This document shows positions 18,816-27,881 of a stretch of DNA of 64,000 nt, in pieces. This DNA comes from Acidobacteriota bacterium (GTDB lineage: Bacteria; Acidobacteriota; UBA890; WLXD01), in contig CAXWPH010000003.1 in assembly GCA_963666055.2 (NCBI GenBank), positions 128,678 through 192,677 of the forward strand, in the 5' to 3' direction. How positions within the stretch are numbered: position 1 is the first letter of the stretch; each line of letters starts with the position of its first letter. Below the pieces are notes generated by a model that was given only the letters and a program-made list of their open reading frames with translations, was not told where the DNA came from and made no database searches. The translations under genes were made by a program, and so were the position numbers.

Positions 18816-19241
18816 ATGCTGAAGATCAACGAACAACTGACCATTCCGGCGGATGAGATGCAATTCGTCGCGTCGCGGGCCGGAGGCCCCGGCGGTCAGC
18901 ATGTCAACAAGGTGTCGTCTCGAGTCACCTTGCGCTTCGACGTGGCTGGTTCGCGCCGCCTCGAAGAGCGAGATCGAGATCGCCTGTTGTCGGTGCTGGC
19001 GACGCGCATCTCCAACGACGGTCTGCTGCAAGTCTCAGCGCATGCTTCACGCTCGCAGGCAGCCAACAAGGCCGAAGTGATCGAGCGCTTTCGCCAGCTT
19101 GTGGCCGACGCATTGCGGCCTCCAAAAGAACGCAAGGCGACGCGGCCGAGCCGTGGCGAACGGCGCCGTCGGCTTGAAGGCAAGCGTCACCGAGCCAAGG
19201 TGAAGCGCACCCGGGGCAAGGTTCGCAACCTCGACGAATAA
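18816..19241 (+). CDS. arfB: Alternative ribosome rescue peptidyl-tRNA hydrolase
   Basis: GGPGGQHVNK, RSQ..N, basic C-terminal tail. Confidence 0.95.
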   Translation: MLKINEQLTIPADEMQFVASRAGGPGGQHVNKVSSRVTLRFDVAGSRRLEERDRDRLLSVLATRISNDGLLQVSAHASRSQAANKAEVIERFRQLVADALRPPKERKATRPSRGERRRRLEGKRHRAKVKRTRGKVRNLDE

Positions 19242-19303
19242 CGTGCGACACTCGCCCCCGGCCCCGCTCATGTGGCCATTGCCCCCGTCTCCAGGAGAGC
19301 GAC

Positions 19304-19573
19304 ATGCGTCGTAGTCCCAGGTTTTTCTCGCGTCGTCTGACCGCCCGCGAGCGGCTCGTCTACGGAGCTGCGACCTTCTGGTTCCTGACCGTGTCGGCGG
19401 CCCTGGTGTGGCCGCTGTATACACCTTTTGCTCGTGTGCGGCCGTTTGTCCTCGGCGTGCCGTTTGCGTTGGCCTTCCTTGCCGGAGTGCTCATCGCCTC
19501 ATTCGCTGCCGGCGTGGCGTTGTACCGATGGGAGTCGCGCCGGGGATTTCTCGACCGGGACGTCTCCGACTGA
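19304..19573 (+). CDS. Small 2-TM partner of a sodium:solute symporter (DUF3311-like)
   Basis: WP.Y...RPFVLGVPF; stop overlaps the SSS start codon. Confidence 0.65.
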   Translation: MRRSPRFFSRRLTARERLVYGAATFWFLTVSAALVWPLYTPFARVRPFVLGVPFALAFLAGVLIASFAAGVALYRWESRRGFLDRDVSD

Positions 19574-21039
19574 TGCCCGCCTGGGTGGTGGCGTTCGGGG
19601 TGACCCTCGGTTACCTGCTGGTGTCGCTGGTCGTGGGCCTACTTTCCGGGCGACGGGCGAGCTCCGGACCCGAGGGTTATATCGCCGGCGATCGCTCGCT
19701 CGGCTTCGTGCTGATGTACTTCATCATGGGCGCGTCGATCTTCTCGGCGTTCTCCTTTCTTGGCGGGCCGGGCTGGGCCTACTCGCGCGGCGCTGCGGCC
19801 TTCTACATCCTGTCCTACGCTACCGTCGGACTGATTCCCTGGTACGCGTACGGACCGCGTGTCGCCAGGCTCGGACGGCGGTTCGGCTACGTCACCCAGG
19901 CCGAGCTCTTCGCGCACCGATTCGACAGCCGATGGTTGTCGGCAGCGCTGGCGATCATCAGCCTGGTGGCCTTCGTTCCGTACTTGGTGCTGCAGATGCA
20001 GGGGGCCGGCTACGTCTTCAACGTCGTCACCGAGGGACGGGTGCCGCACTGGCTGGGTGCGGCGATTGCCTACGGTGTGGTGTTGACTTACGTGCTCGCC
20101 AGCGGCGTGATGGGTGTCGGGTGGACCAACACGTTCCAGGGCGTATTCATGATGGTGCTCGCCTGGGGTCTTGGGCTCTATCTGCCTTATCGGCTGTACG
20201 GCGGCGTTGGGCCGATGTTCCAGGAGCTCGCCGCAGCTGTGCCGGAGATGCTCGCGCCGCCTGGTCTGGATGGTGCCGGCGACCGCTGGAGTTGGGGCGG
20301 ATACTCGAGCGCCATAGCGGTGTCGGCGATTGGCTTCAGCCTGTGGCCGCATTACTTCATGAAGATCTACACGGCGAGCAGCGAGCGCGTACTCAAGAAG
20401 ACGATCATCTTCTACCCGACCTTCCAGGTGTTCTTGATTCCGATTATCTTCATTGGCTTCTCGGGGATTCTCCGCTACCGTGATGTGGTTCCGGCCGACG
20501 CCATTCTGCCGACGATCCTGATGTCGATGCAGCTGCCGCCGTTCGTCGTGGGGCTGTTCTGCGCCGGTGCCCTGGCGGCCTCCATGTCGACGGGCGACGC
20601 CCTGTTGCACGCCGCGGGATCGATCATGGTGCGCGATTTCGTCTGCGTGCTCTCACCTCGGGCGCTCAGCGACGGCGAGCAGACACGGTTGATCCGTGTG
20701 CTTGTGCTGGTGATCTCGGCCTTCGCCTACTACTTCGCGGTTGTTTCCGAGCTCTCTCTGGTTGCTCTGTTGCTGCTTGCGTACGGCTTTCTAGTGCAGA
20801 TCGCGCCAGTCCTCGTGGCAACGTTCTACTGGCCGCGCGCCACACCGCAGGGCGTGCTTTCGGGGCTCGCAGTTGGCTGCAGTGTGGTCATCCTCTTCTA
20901 CTACGTGCCCGTCCTCCAGTGGCAGCAGGTCCAGCCTGGGATCTTCGGCCTGGTGGCCAACCTCATCACCCTGGTGGCAGTGTCACTGCTGACCGAACCG
21001 ATGGACGAAGCACACGTCGAGCAGTTCGTCGTGAGCTAG
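19573..21039 (+). CDS. Sodium:solute symporter
   Basis: FSAFSFLGGPG.AY, ALAASMST, many TM segments. Confidence 0.93.
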   Translation: MPAWVVAFGVTLGYLLVSLVVGLLSGRRASSGPEGYIAGDRSLGFVLMYFIMGASIFSAFSFLGGPGWAYSRGAAAFYILSYATVGLIPWYAYGPRVARLGRRFGYVTQAELFAHRFDSRWLSAALAIISLVAFVPYLVLQMQGAGYVFNVVTEGRVPHWLGAAIAYGVVLTYVLASGVMGVGWTNTFQGVFMMVLAWGLGLYLPYRLYGGVGPMFQELAAAVPEMLAPPGLDGAGDRWSWGGYSSAIAVSAIGFSLWPHYFMKIYTASSERVLKKTIIFYPTFQVFLIPIIFIGFSGILRYRDVVPADAILPTILMSMQLPPFVVGLFCAGALAASMSTGDALLHAAGSIMVRDFVCVLSPRALSDGEQTRLIRVLVLVISAFAYYFAVVSELSLVALLLLAYGFLVQIAPVLVATFYWPRATPQGVLSGLAVGCSVVILFYYVPVLQWQQVQPGIFGLVANLITLVAVSLLTEPMDEAHVEQFVVS

Positions 21040-21104
21040 TGGCCGGTAACAGACTCGGTGGCGCGCGCCACAATATGCAACGAACCTCTGTTACAGGACA
21101 CTAG
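21036..21104. mobile_element. MITE family 2 (69 bp) between convergent genes
   Basis: CTAGTGGCCGGTAACAGA ... TCTGTTACAGGACACTAG, 16/18 inverted match. Both CTAGs contain the stop codons of the flanking genes. Confidence 0.7.
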
Positions 21105-21331
21105 CCCCCAAGCGCCGCGGGTGGGCCGTTCCCGGATGGTGGGTCCGCGCGGCGTTCCTTACTGCGCGTTGCCAGCACCATCGTCGTCAGCCCCAGCAGA
21201 AGCTCATCGGCGAACGGCAGCATGTCGGGCACCAGCAGGTCGAGCACGAACAGCCCCGCGGTGAGCGCAAACAGCCACGGGTAGCGCAGTTGCGAGAAAT
21301 AACGCAACAGGATGGTCGGCAGCGCATTCAT
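21101..21331 (-). CDS. DUF6116-like small membrane protein
   Basis: LRYPWLF.LT..LF.LDLLVPD.LPF.DE.LL pattern. Confidence 0.7.
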   Translation of the reverse strand: MNALPTILLRYFSQLRYPWLFALTAGLFVLDLLVPDMLPFADELLLGLTTMVLATRSKERRADPPSGNGPPAALGG

Positions 21332-22548
21332 GACGACGATGCGGCGGGCGTATTCGCGGCAGCTGCTTTCGTCAGCTCCGCCGCTTTCGGCGCCCATCCG
21401 AGCGCTAGCGCCTCGTTGGCGTCCAGGGCGAGGCGCAAGGCATCGATCTCGATGTGCTCGTTCACCGTGTGCGCCAGTAGCTCGTCGCCGGGTCCGAAGC
21501 CGATGCACGCCACGCCGGCTTGCGAGAAATGGCCGCCGTCGGTGGCGAAGCGCCACGTTCCGACCGAGTCGACGGGACCCAGCACTCCCTCGAGTGTCTG
21601 GCGGGCGGCGCGTACGACAGGATGATCCTCCCCGAGGATATATGCCGGGTGCTCACCCCCCAGAACCATCTCGACGCCCGTGTGTGCCACCTGGGTGTGT
21701 TGCGGGATCGTGACGTCGGCTGTAGTGCCCTCGATCAAGCAGTTGGCGACCAGCTGTTCGAGCTTGGTGCGCGCCGAGTCGGCGGTTTCACCGGGTATCA
21801 GCCGCCAGTCGCAGGTGAGCCAGATCTCGGCGGGGATCACGTTACTGCTGATCTGATCTGTACGGATCAACGTTGGCGCCACCGTGCTGCGGCCGAGATC
21901 TGGCTGCACGGCCATGTCCAGTGATCCAAGCCCGGCGATGAAAGGCGCCAGCACCTCTAGGGGGTTGGCGCCCTCATGCGGCACGCTGGCGTGCGCCGAG
22001 TGTCCGGTGATGTGGACGATGAGCTCGCAGCGGCCGCGATGGCCTCGCCGTAGCGTATTGCCGCTCGGCTCGCCGATCACTGCCAGCGGTGGCGTCAAGT
22101 AAGTGTTCAGATGGCGTGCGCCGAGGCCTCCGACCTCCTCCTGCACGACCGCGGTCACCCAGATGTGGCCGGCCGGTGTCGTCCCCGACTCGAGCAGCCG
22201 CCCGACACCGTATACCTGTGCTGCCAGGGGACCCTTGATGTCGACAGCGCCGCGCCCCCAGATCCTGTCATCGTGGATCTCGGCGCCGAACGGAGAATGC
22301 GGCCAGCGTTCTGCCTCTCCGACATCGACGTGATCCAGGTGCGTATTGAACATGACGGTCGGATCGGCGCTCGATCCGGGCACCCGCCCTACGACGTTGC
22401 CAACCTCGTCCAGCTCGACGTCAGCGTAGCCCAGGGCTCGCATTTCGGTTGCGACCAGCTCGGCGATAGCGCTCTCCTCGCCAGGCAGGCTCGGAGTACG
22501 AATCAATCGCTGGGTGAAGTCGACACAGCGCTGCAGGTCCGAGCTCAT
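21328..22548 (-). CDS. M20 family metallopeptidase/deacylase
   Basis: HLDHV, GRGAVDIKG, QEE, IGEP, GFGPG...AH..NE. Confidence 0.92.
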   Translation of the reverse strand: MSSDLQRCVDFTQRLIRTPSLPGEESAIAELVATEMRALGYADVELDEVGNVVGRVPGSSADPTVMFNTHLDHVDVGEAERWPHSPFGAEIHDDRIWGRGAVDIKGPLAAQVYGVGRLLESGTTPAGHIWVTAVVQEEVGGLGARHLNTYLTPPLAVIGEPSGNTLRRGHRGRCELIVHITGHSAHASVPHEGANPLEVLAPFIAGLGSLDMAVQPDLGRSTVAPTLIRTDQISSNVIPAEIWLTCDWRLIPGETADSARTKLEQLVANCLIEGTTADVTIPQHTQVAHTGVEMVLGGEHPAYILGEDHPVVRAARQTLEGVLGPVDSVGTWRFATDGGHFSQAGVACIGFGPGDELLAHTVNEHIEIDALRLALDANEALALGWAPKAAELTKAAAANTPAASSS

Positions 22549-22582
22549 GGCGATTTCCCGGCGCCGCGCGCCGCGTCGATGC

Positions 22583-23347
22583 TCACCGGTCGCGGCTCAG
22601 CCGCTCGATCGATCGCAGCGTATCGGTGCCGACCAGCTCGTCATTGTCGTTTCGATACCAGGAGCGCACTTTCGGAAGACGCATTCCATCGCCCTCGGTG
22701 ATGCGATCCAGGATGATGTACTCGCCGTCGTTGGCGGATTCGTCGTGGTAGAAGCGGTAGCCAACGAGCGCGAACGACCAAGGGTCGATGTAGAAGTACC
22801 AGGTATCGGTGCCGATCTCGGGGTCGTAGGTTACCCGCACCTGCCACACGTCTCGTCCCTGGAACTCGATTCGGATGGCCTCCGGATCGACGATCGCCCC
22901 GCGGTCGCGGAGTTTCATCGGCAACCCGTAGAGGAAGGTGTGGTAGTCGCGTTGTCCGCGCATTTGCTCGCAGCTCAAGCGGTATCGCTCCGCTTGCTCC
23001 GGGCTGAATTCCGACGAGCCGTCGAGCTTGGTCCAGCATTCGTCTCCGCTGACCGCGGTCTCGATGAGCAGGCCGAAGCGGTCGCGTGCCATGGTGAATC
23101 GCCCGGCGGCGTTGTCGATGACGATCTCGGTCAGGGTCGGCCCGGCGATCGGACGCGTGCCGGCGAGCTGCAGCCGGAAGGCGTTCCAAGACCACAGACC
23201 CTGGGGATCGTGATAGTCGATGCTGTGCTGCAGGATGTCCACCGCTGGCGGCATCTGGGCGTTCGCGGGTCCTGCAAGTCCGGCGACGAGCAGGACAATC
23301 GCGGACGATGCGCGGCGGCTCAAGGTCGGTGTTTGCGGGGTGCTCAT
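22583..23347 (-). CDS. DUF6503-like secreted protein
   Basis: Signal peptide; SIDYHDP, YGLPMKL.D, TWYFY.DP, NDGEYI.L, PK.RSWY. Confidence 0.7.
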   Translation of the reverse strand: MSTPQTPTLSRRASSAIVLLVAGLAGPANAQMPPAVDILQHSIDYHDPQGLWSWNAFRLQLAGTRPIAGPTLTEIVIDNAAGRFTMARDRFGLLIETAVSGDECWTKLDGSSEFSPEQAERYRLSCEQMRGQRDYHTFLYGLPMKLRDRGAIVDPEAIRIEFQGRDVWQVRVTYDPEIGTDTWYFYIDPWSFALVGYRFYHDESANDGEYIILDRITEGDGMRLPKVRSWYRNDNDELVGTDTLRSIERLSRDR

Positions 23348-23767
23348 GATGTTGCCCTCGAGCTGTCGGGAGCGACCGTGACGAGTGACGAACTCCCGTC
23401 ACCCTAAGCTGTTGACGATGCCGCGGCTCCCCGAAAGTTAACAGAGACCAGTAAATACGGTCTGTTTTCGGGGGTCTATACCCACGAAAAGCGACAGTTC
23501 TGGCCACCAACTCAGCCGCAACGTGCCCACCCGGGAGTAAGCTCCCGCGCATTAAGCTCACTCCGGCCACCCAGATAGCCCACCTCGACGGCATCTGGAT
23601 CGAGACCTCCTTCAGCCCCATTCACGCCCTCGTGCCTTCCTCTGATCGCAACCCACCGTGAAGCAAGGCCTGCTCGGCGCAGGGCGGCCCGCTGCGGCGG
23701 CGGTGTGCGTTCTTGTGGCCGGCGTCAACGCGGACTACCTTGGCAGCATCTGCCAATTATCCGTGAG

Positions 23768-24454
23768 ATGACGATGAGCGAACATGACTTCTTGCGCCGC
23801 GCGTTCGAGGAACGCGCCACCGCGATTCTGCGCACCGATGATCAACAGACGGCTGCCCTTGCCATGGAGGCTGCAGTCCGTGGTGGCTTCCGCATCATCG
23901 AATTCACCCTCGGCTGTCCGGGGGCCTATGAGCTCATCGAGGACTTCGCGCGCCGCGATGACTTGCTCGTCGGTGTGGGCACGGTTCTCGAGCCTGAGCA
24001 GGCTCGCCGCGCTGTCGAGGCGGGCGCCTCGTTCGTGGTGTCGCCGGCAACCGACGAAGCAGTGATCCGCACCGCGCTCGAGCTCGGTGCGGTGGCCATG
24101 CCCGGCGCCTATACCGCCACCGAGATGGTTCTGGCGCAGCGCGCCGGAGCGCAGCTTCAGAAGCTGTTTCCGGCGCCGGTGAACGGTCCGGAATACGCGC
24201 GCATGTTGCTCGGTCCGCTGCCCGGGCTCCGCCTGGTGCCGACGAGCGGCGTAACGCCCGACAATGTAGGGGAGTGGTTCGCTGCCGGGGTCTTCGGGGT
24301 CGGGTGGGTCGCTAGCCTGTTCGACGCAGAGGACCTGCGAGCCGGGCGCTTCGATCGCATCGAAGAACGCGCCAGGCAATGCCTCGCGGCAACCCGCGCG
24401 GCGACGCGGCCGCAACGCGATTGGGGCCTGGCGACCGCCGCGGCGATGGTCTGA
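23768..24454 (+). CDS. eda: KDPG/KHG aldolase
   Basis: AILR, IEFT, GVGTVL, FVVSP, PGAYT.TE, KLFPA, PT.GV. Confidence 0.9.
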   Translation: MTMSEHDFLRRAFEERATAILRTDDQQTAALAMEAAVRGGFRIIEFTLGCPGAYELIEDFARRDDLLVGVGTVLEPEQARRAVEAGASFVVSPATDEAVIRTALELGAVAMPGAYTATEMVLAQRAGAQLQKLFPAPVNGPEYARMLLGPLPGLRLVPTSGVTPDNVGEWFAAGVFGVGWVASLFDAEDLRAGRFDRIEERARQCLAATRAATRPQRDWGLATAAAMV

Positions 24455-25365
24455 TGACGAGCGCTCGATCTGTCATGCTCGTTGCCAGCCTGGTGCTGGC
24501 GGCGTGCGGAACAGGATCGGTCGAAGATCTGCCGTATGACGCCGACGCGCATCGCGAAGCGGTGGAGTCGTGGCGACAATGGCGCCACGATCAGCTGACG
24601 CGACCCGACGGCTGGTTATCGCTTGTCGGCCTCTACTGGCTGGAGCCCGGCGACAACTGGCTCGGCTCCGCCGACGACAACAGGCTGGTTTACAGCCGCG
24701 CCGGCGTTCCGCAACGTCTCGGTGTGTTCCGCGTCGAGGGCGATTCGGTGATGTTCATCGCCGCTGAGGGTGTCTCACCCACCGTCGACGATGAGCCGGT
24801 GGAGTCGGTCCTGGCCCACGACGGCGGTGAGGGCTCCGGGCCGGTGATCGCCTGGGACACGCTGCGCTGGAACGTGATGGTCCGCCAAGGCCAGTTCGCG
24901 GTACGGCTGAAGGACGCAAGCAGCGTTGTGCTGACCAGCTTCGAGTCGATCGACAACTTCCAGCTTGCTGCCGAGTGGCATCGATCGGGCCGTTACGTGG
25001 GCTACGACCCAGCGAAGATCATCAAGGTTCCGAACGTGCTCGGTACCGTTGCCGACGTCGAGTCGCCGGGTGCGGCCGTCTTTGAAATCGACGGTAAGAC
25101 GTACCGGCTCGACCTCTGGAAGGACTCGGACGACTCGGTGAATTTTTTCACCGCTTTCGGCGACCTGAGCAACAACGATTCGACCTATGGAGCCGGTCGG
25201 TTCCTTTGGATCGATGCGCCAGACGACCAGGGCCGTGTGGTGGTTGACTTCAACCGCTCCTACAACCCGCCCTGTGCGTTCACCGCCTTCGCCACCTGCC
25301 CCTTACCACCGCAGCAGAATCGCCTGCCACTGCGCATCGAAGCCGGCGAAAAAACCTTCAAGTAG
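24454..25365 (+). CDS. DUF1684 family lipoprotein
   Basis: Lipobox LAAC; GWLSLVGL.WL, TYGAGRFL, DFNRSYNPPCAFT.FATCPLPP.QN. Confidence 0.92.
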   Translation: MTSARSVMLVASLVLAACGTGSVEDLPYDADAHREAVESWRQWRHDQLTRPDGWLSLVGLYWLEPGDNWLGSADDNRLVYSRAGVPQRLGVFRVEGDSVMFIAAEGVSPTVDDEPVESVLAHDGGEGSGPVIAWDTLRWNVMVRQGQFAVRLKDASSVVLTSFESIDNFQLAAEWHRSGRYVGYDPAKIIKVPNVLGTVADVESPGAAVFEIDGKTYRLDLWKDSDDSVNFFTAFGDLSNNDSTYGAGRFLWIDAPDDQGRVVVDFNRSYNPPCAFTAFATCPLPPQQNRLPLRIEAGEKTFK

Positions 25366-26422
25366 CTGGTACGTGGGCCGGTTCGGTGGTGTCTGCGCGT
25401 TCGGAATCGAGCGTCTCCGCGATTCTGTAGGGCCTCTGGCCGACCGCCTCGTAGTAGGTGCGCATCGCCATCTCTGCCAGCAGGCCGGTACTGATGATCT
25501 GGATGCCGATGAGCACCAGCCCGAAGGCGACGATAAGCAGGGGACGGTTAGCGATGGGTTCGAACACCACGAAGCGCACGTACGCGAGGTAGGTCAGCAG
25601 CGCTGTGCCGGCGAGTGTCAGGCTGCCACCCAAGGCACCGAAGAACAGGAACGGGCGCGTCGCATAGCCGAGCAAGAAACGCACCAGCAGGATGTCGAGC
25701 ACCACCTTGAACACGCGAAGCAGCCCATATTTCGTGGTTCCGGCGACGCGCTCCCGGTCGTTGACGGGGATCTCGGTGATGCGCGTTCCTTGCCAGCTGG
25801 CGATCGCCGGGATGAAGCGGTGCAGCTCTCCATAGAGCTTGACGTTGCGCAGGATCTCGCGCCGATAGCCTTTCAGCGAGCAGCCGTAGTCGTGCAACGA
25901 CACCCCGGTCGTCCGAGAGATGATGCGATTGGCGATCATCGAGGGCAGACGTCGGGTCAGGAATGGCTCCTTACGCTTCAGCCGCCAGCCGCTGACGATA
26001 TCGAAGCCCTCATCGATCTTGGCCAGCACCATCGGGATGTCGGCCGGGTCGTTCTGTAAATCGCCGTCCATCGTCACCACGACATCACCGCGAGCCGCCT
26101 CAAAGCCGGCCGAGAAGCCCGCCGTCTGGCCGAAGTTCCTCCGTAGCCGGATGATGCGCCAGCGATCATCGCGTCGATGCACGTCGCGTAGCTTCTCGAA
26201 CGTGCCGTCGCTGCTGCCGTCGTCGACGATTACTACCTCGTAGGGACGCCCCAGATGCTCCAGTGCGCTGGTAATCTGTTCGTAGAGAGGTTCGACATTG
26301 TCTGCCTCGTTGAACATCGGGACCACTACCGAGAGGTCAACGGCAGGGCGCGATCCGGGTCGCGTCTCGGTGGCAAGGACTGCGGAGGAGCCGGAGGCGG
26401 CCGGTTCAGATACTCCGGTCAC
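25358..26422 (-). CDS. Glycosyltransferase family 2 (ArnC/DPM-like)
   Basis: VVVPMFNE, VDDGSSD, RNFGQ, DGDLQNDP, HRFIP; two C-terminal TM helices. Confidence 0.93.
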   Translation of the reverse strand: MTGVSEPAASGSSAVLATETRPGSRPAVDLSVVVPMFNEADNVEPLYEQITSALEHLGRPYEVVIVDDGSSDGTFEKLRDVHRRDDRWRIIRLRRNFGQTAGFSAGFEAARGDVVVTMDGDLQNDPADIPMVLAKIDEGFDIVSGWRLKRKEPFLTRRLPSMIANRIISRTTGVSLHDYGCSLKGYRREILRNVKLYGELHRFIPAIASWQGTRITEIPVNDRERVAGTTKYGLLRVFKVVLDILLVRFLLGYATRPFLFFGALGGSLTLAGTALLTYLAYVRFVVFEPIANRPLLIVAFGLVLIGIQIISTGLLAEMAMRTYYEAVGQRPYRIAETLDSERADTTEPAHVPAT

Positions 26423-26631
26423 AGCCGCTCTCCGCGGCGGAGCTTTTCGAGCGCTTTGTCGAGCCGCCGCTGACGCGTATCTTCGCGCTTGGCATCGGCG
26501 ATCCAGCGGGCGTACTCCAGCACCCTTACCTGGCCGCGGGTCCCGTATGTCTCTTGTACCGAGAACGGAATCTCTACGAGGGCGCCGCCGCCGCGGCCCT
26601 CTGTGATGACGGCGTCGAACTCGTGGGTCAC
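26419..26631 (-). pseudogene. DUF1905/YdeI(OmdA)-type protein with in-frame internal deletion
   Basis: N-terminus GGA.VEIPF...YGTRGQVRV joined directly to C-terminus EYARWI..AKREDTR.RR; only 70 aa. Confidence 0.65.
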
Positions 26632-27881
26632 TCGACCTTCCAGATGGCAATGCCGCCGGCCTGTTTGCCGATGTCGATGTTGCCGACGCGCTGCGCCGTG
26701 TGCAGATCGTAGGCTTCGACCGACCCCGGCTCGCCGCCGATACCCTCGATGGTCACGAACGCGTAACGGCCGTCGGGCGAACAAACAACGCCGTGTGGGA
26801 GTGGCCGCAGGGTGTCGATCCTGGCCACCTCCTCACCGAGCTCGAGATTCCAGATGCCAACCGACTTGCTGCTCTTGTAGGTGACCACGAGCAACTTGCC
26901 GTCTGGCGTAACGTCGAGGTTGTAGGGTCCGGCAGCGGTGCTGAACGTGCGCTCGACCTTCCAGTCCTCGATGTCCACCTCGAGCAGGCGAGCCGACCCG
27001 TTGCCGGCGACATATACCTTCCCCTGAGGGGTGACGGGCGACACCCAGGTGGGCTTGACGAGGGGAGGCTTCATCGCCATGTCCTCGTCGCGGCTCATGT
27101 CGCTCATGCTCTCTGCGCCCCCGGGCTCCTCTGCGAGACCGTTGCCGGTCCGCTGATAACGCTCCCAGGACGGGGCGTTCTCCGACAGCGGAAGGATGCG
27201 GCGATTGCGCAGCTGGTAGGCGTCGATCTCGCGCAGCTCATCGTTCATCATCGAGACGCTGTATTGACGACTGCCGGCCGCGTTCATGCGCGAGCCATGC
27301 GGCATGACGCCGGTGGGAATCTGCGCCACCTCGGTCATCGACTCGGTCTCGACCACCGAGACTGTGCTGGGCACGTGGTCGCCGTGGAGGTTGAAATTCA
27401 CGGCGAACAACAGTCCGGTGCTCGGCGAGATCACCGCCGAAGCAGGGAACAGCCCCAGGGTCACGTCGCCGACGTACTCGTCGGTCTCGGTGTCGTACTT
27501 GAACAGGATCCCGAACGGGTTGCCGTGGGCGACGGTGACGTACCAATAGCGGCCGTCGGGCGAGATCGTCATGCCATGTGGGCCTTCGGTCTCCGTAGGC
27601 CATATACCCACCGGAATGCTGCGGATGAGTCGGAAACCCTCCGGGCCGAAGGCGATCTTCTCGACGATGTCGTCAGATTCGGCGGCGACGTATAGGTAGT
27701 AGGTGTCTTCGGGTGCGGCGGCGCCAGGGGCCGGGTTCAGCACCGTGAGCGCCGTCACCAGCAATAGCGTCAGGATCCCGAACCCTGCCACCGGGACTCC
27801 TAGCCGAGGCAGGTGCCGCACCGCTCGCCGTGCTCTCGGCCGGGATCCCGCCTGCTTCATCCTGCGTCGCTCATCTGCCAC
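26628..27881 (-). CDS. YncE-like beta-propeller secreted protein
   Basis: Repeated PHG...SPDGR, PYNL.VTPDGK blades. Confidence 0.8.
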   Translation of the reverse strand: MADERRRMKQAGSRPRARRAVRHLPRLGVPVAGFGILTLLLVTALTVLNPAPGAAAPEDTYYLYVAAESDDIVEKIAFGPEGFRLIRSIPVGIWPTETEGPHGMTISPDGRYWYVTVAHGNPFGILFKYDTETDEYVGDVTLGLFPASAVISPSTGLLFAVNFNLHGDHVPSTVSVVETESMTEVAQIPTGVMPHGSRMNAAGSRQYSVSMMNDELREIDAYQLRNRRILPLSENAPSWERYQRTGNGLAEEPGGAESMSDMSRDEDMAMKPPLVKPTWVSPVTPQGKVYVAGNGSARLLEVDIEDWKVERTFSTAAGPYNLDVTPDGKLLVVTYKSSKSVGIWNLELGEEVARIDTLRPLPHGVVCSPDGRYAFVTIEGIGGEPGSVEAYDLHTAQRVGNIDIGKQAGGIAIWKVE

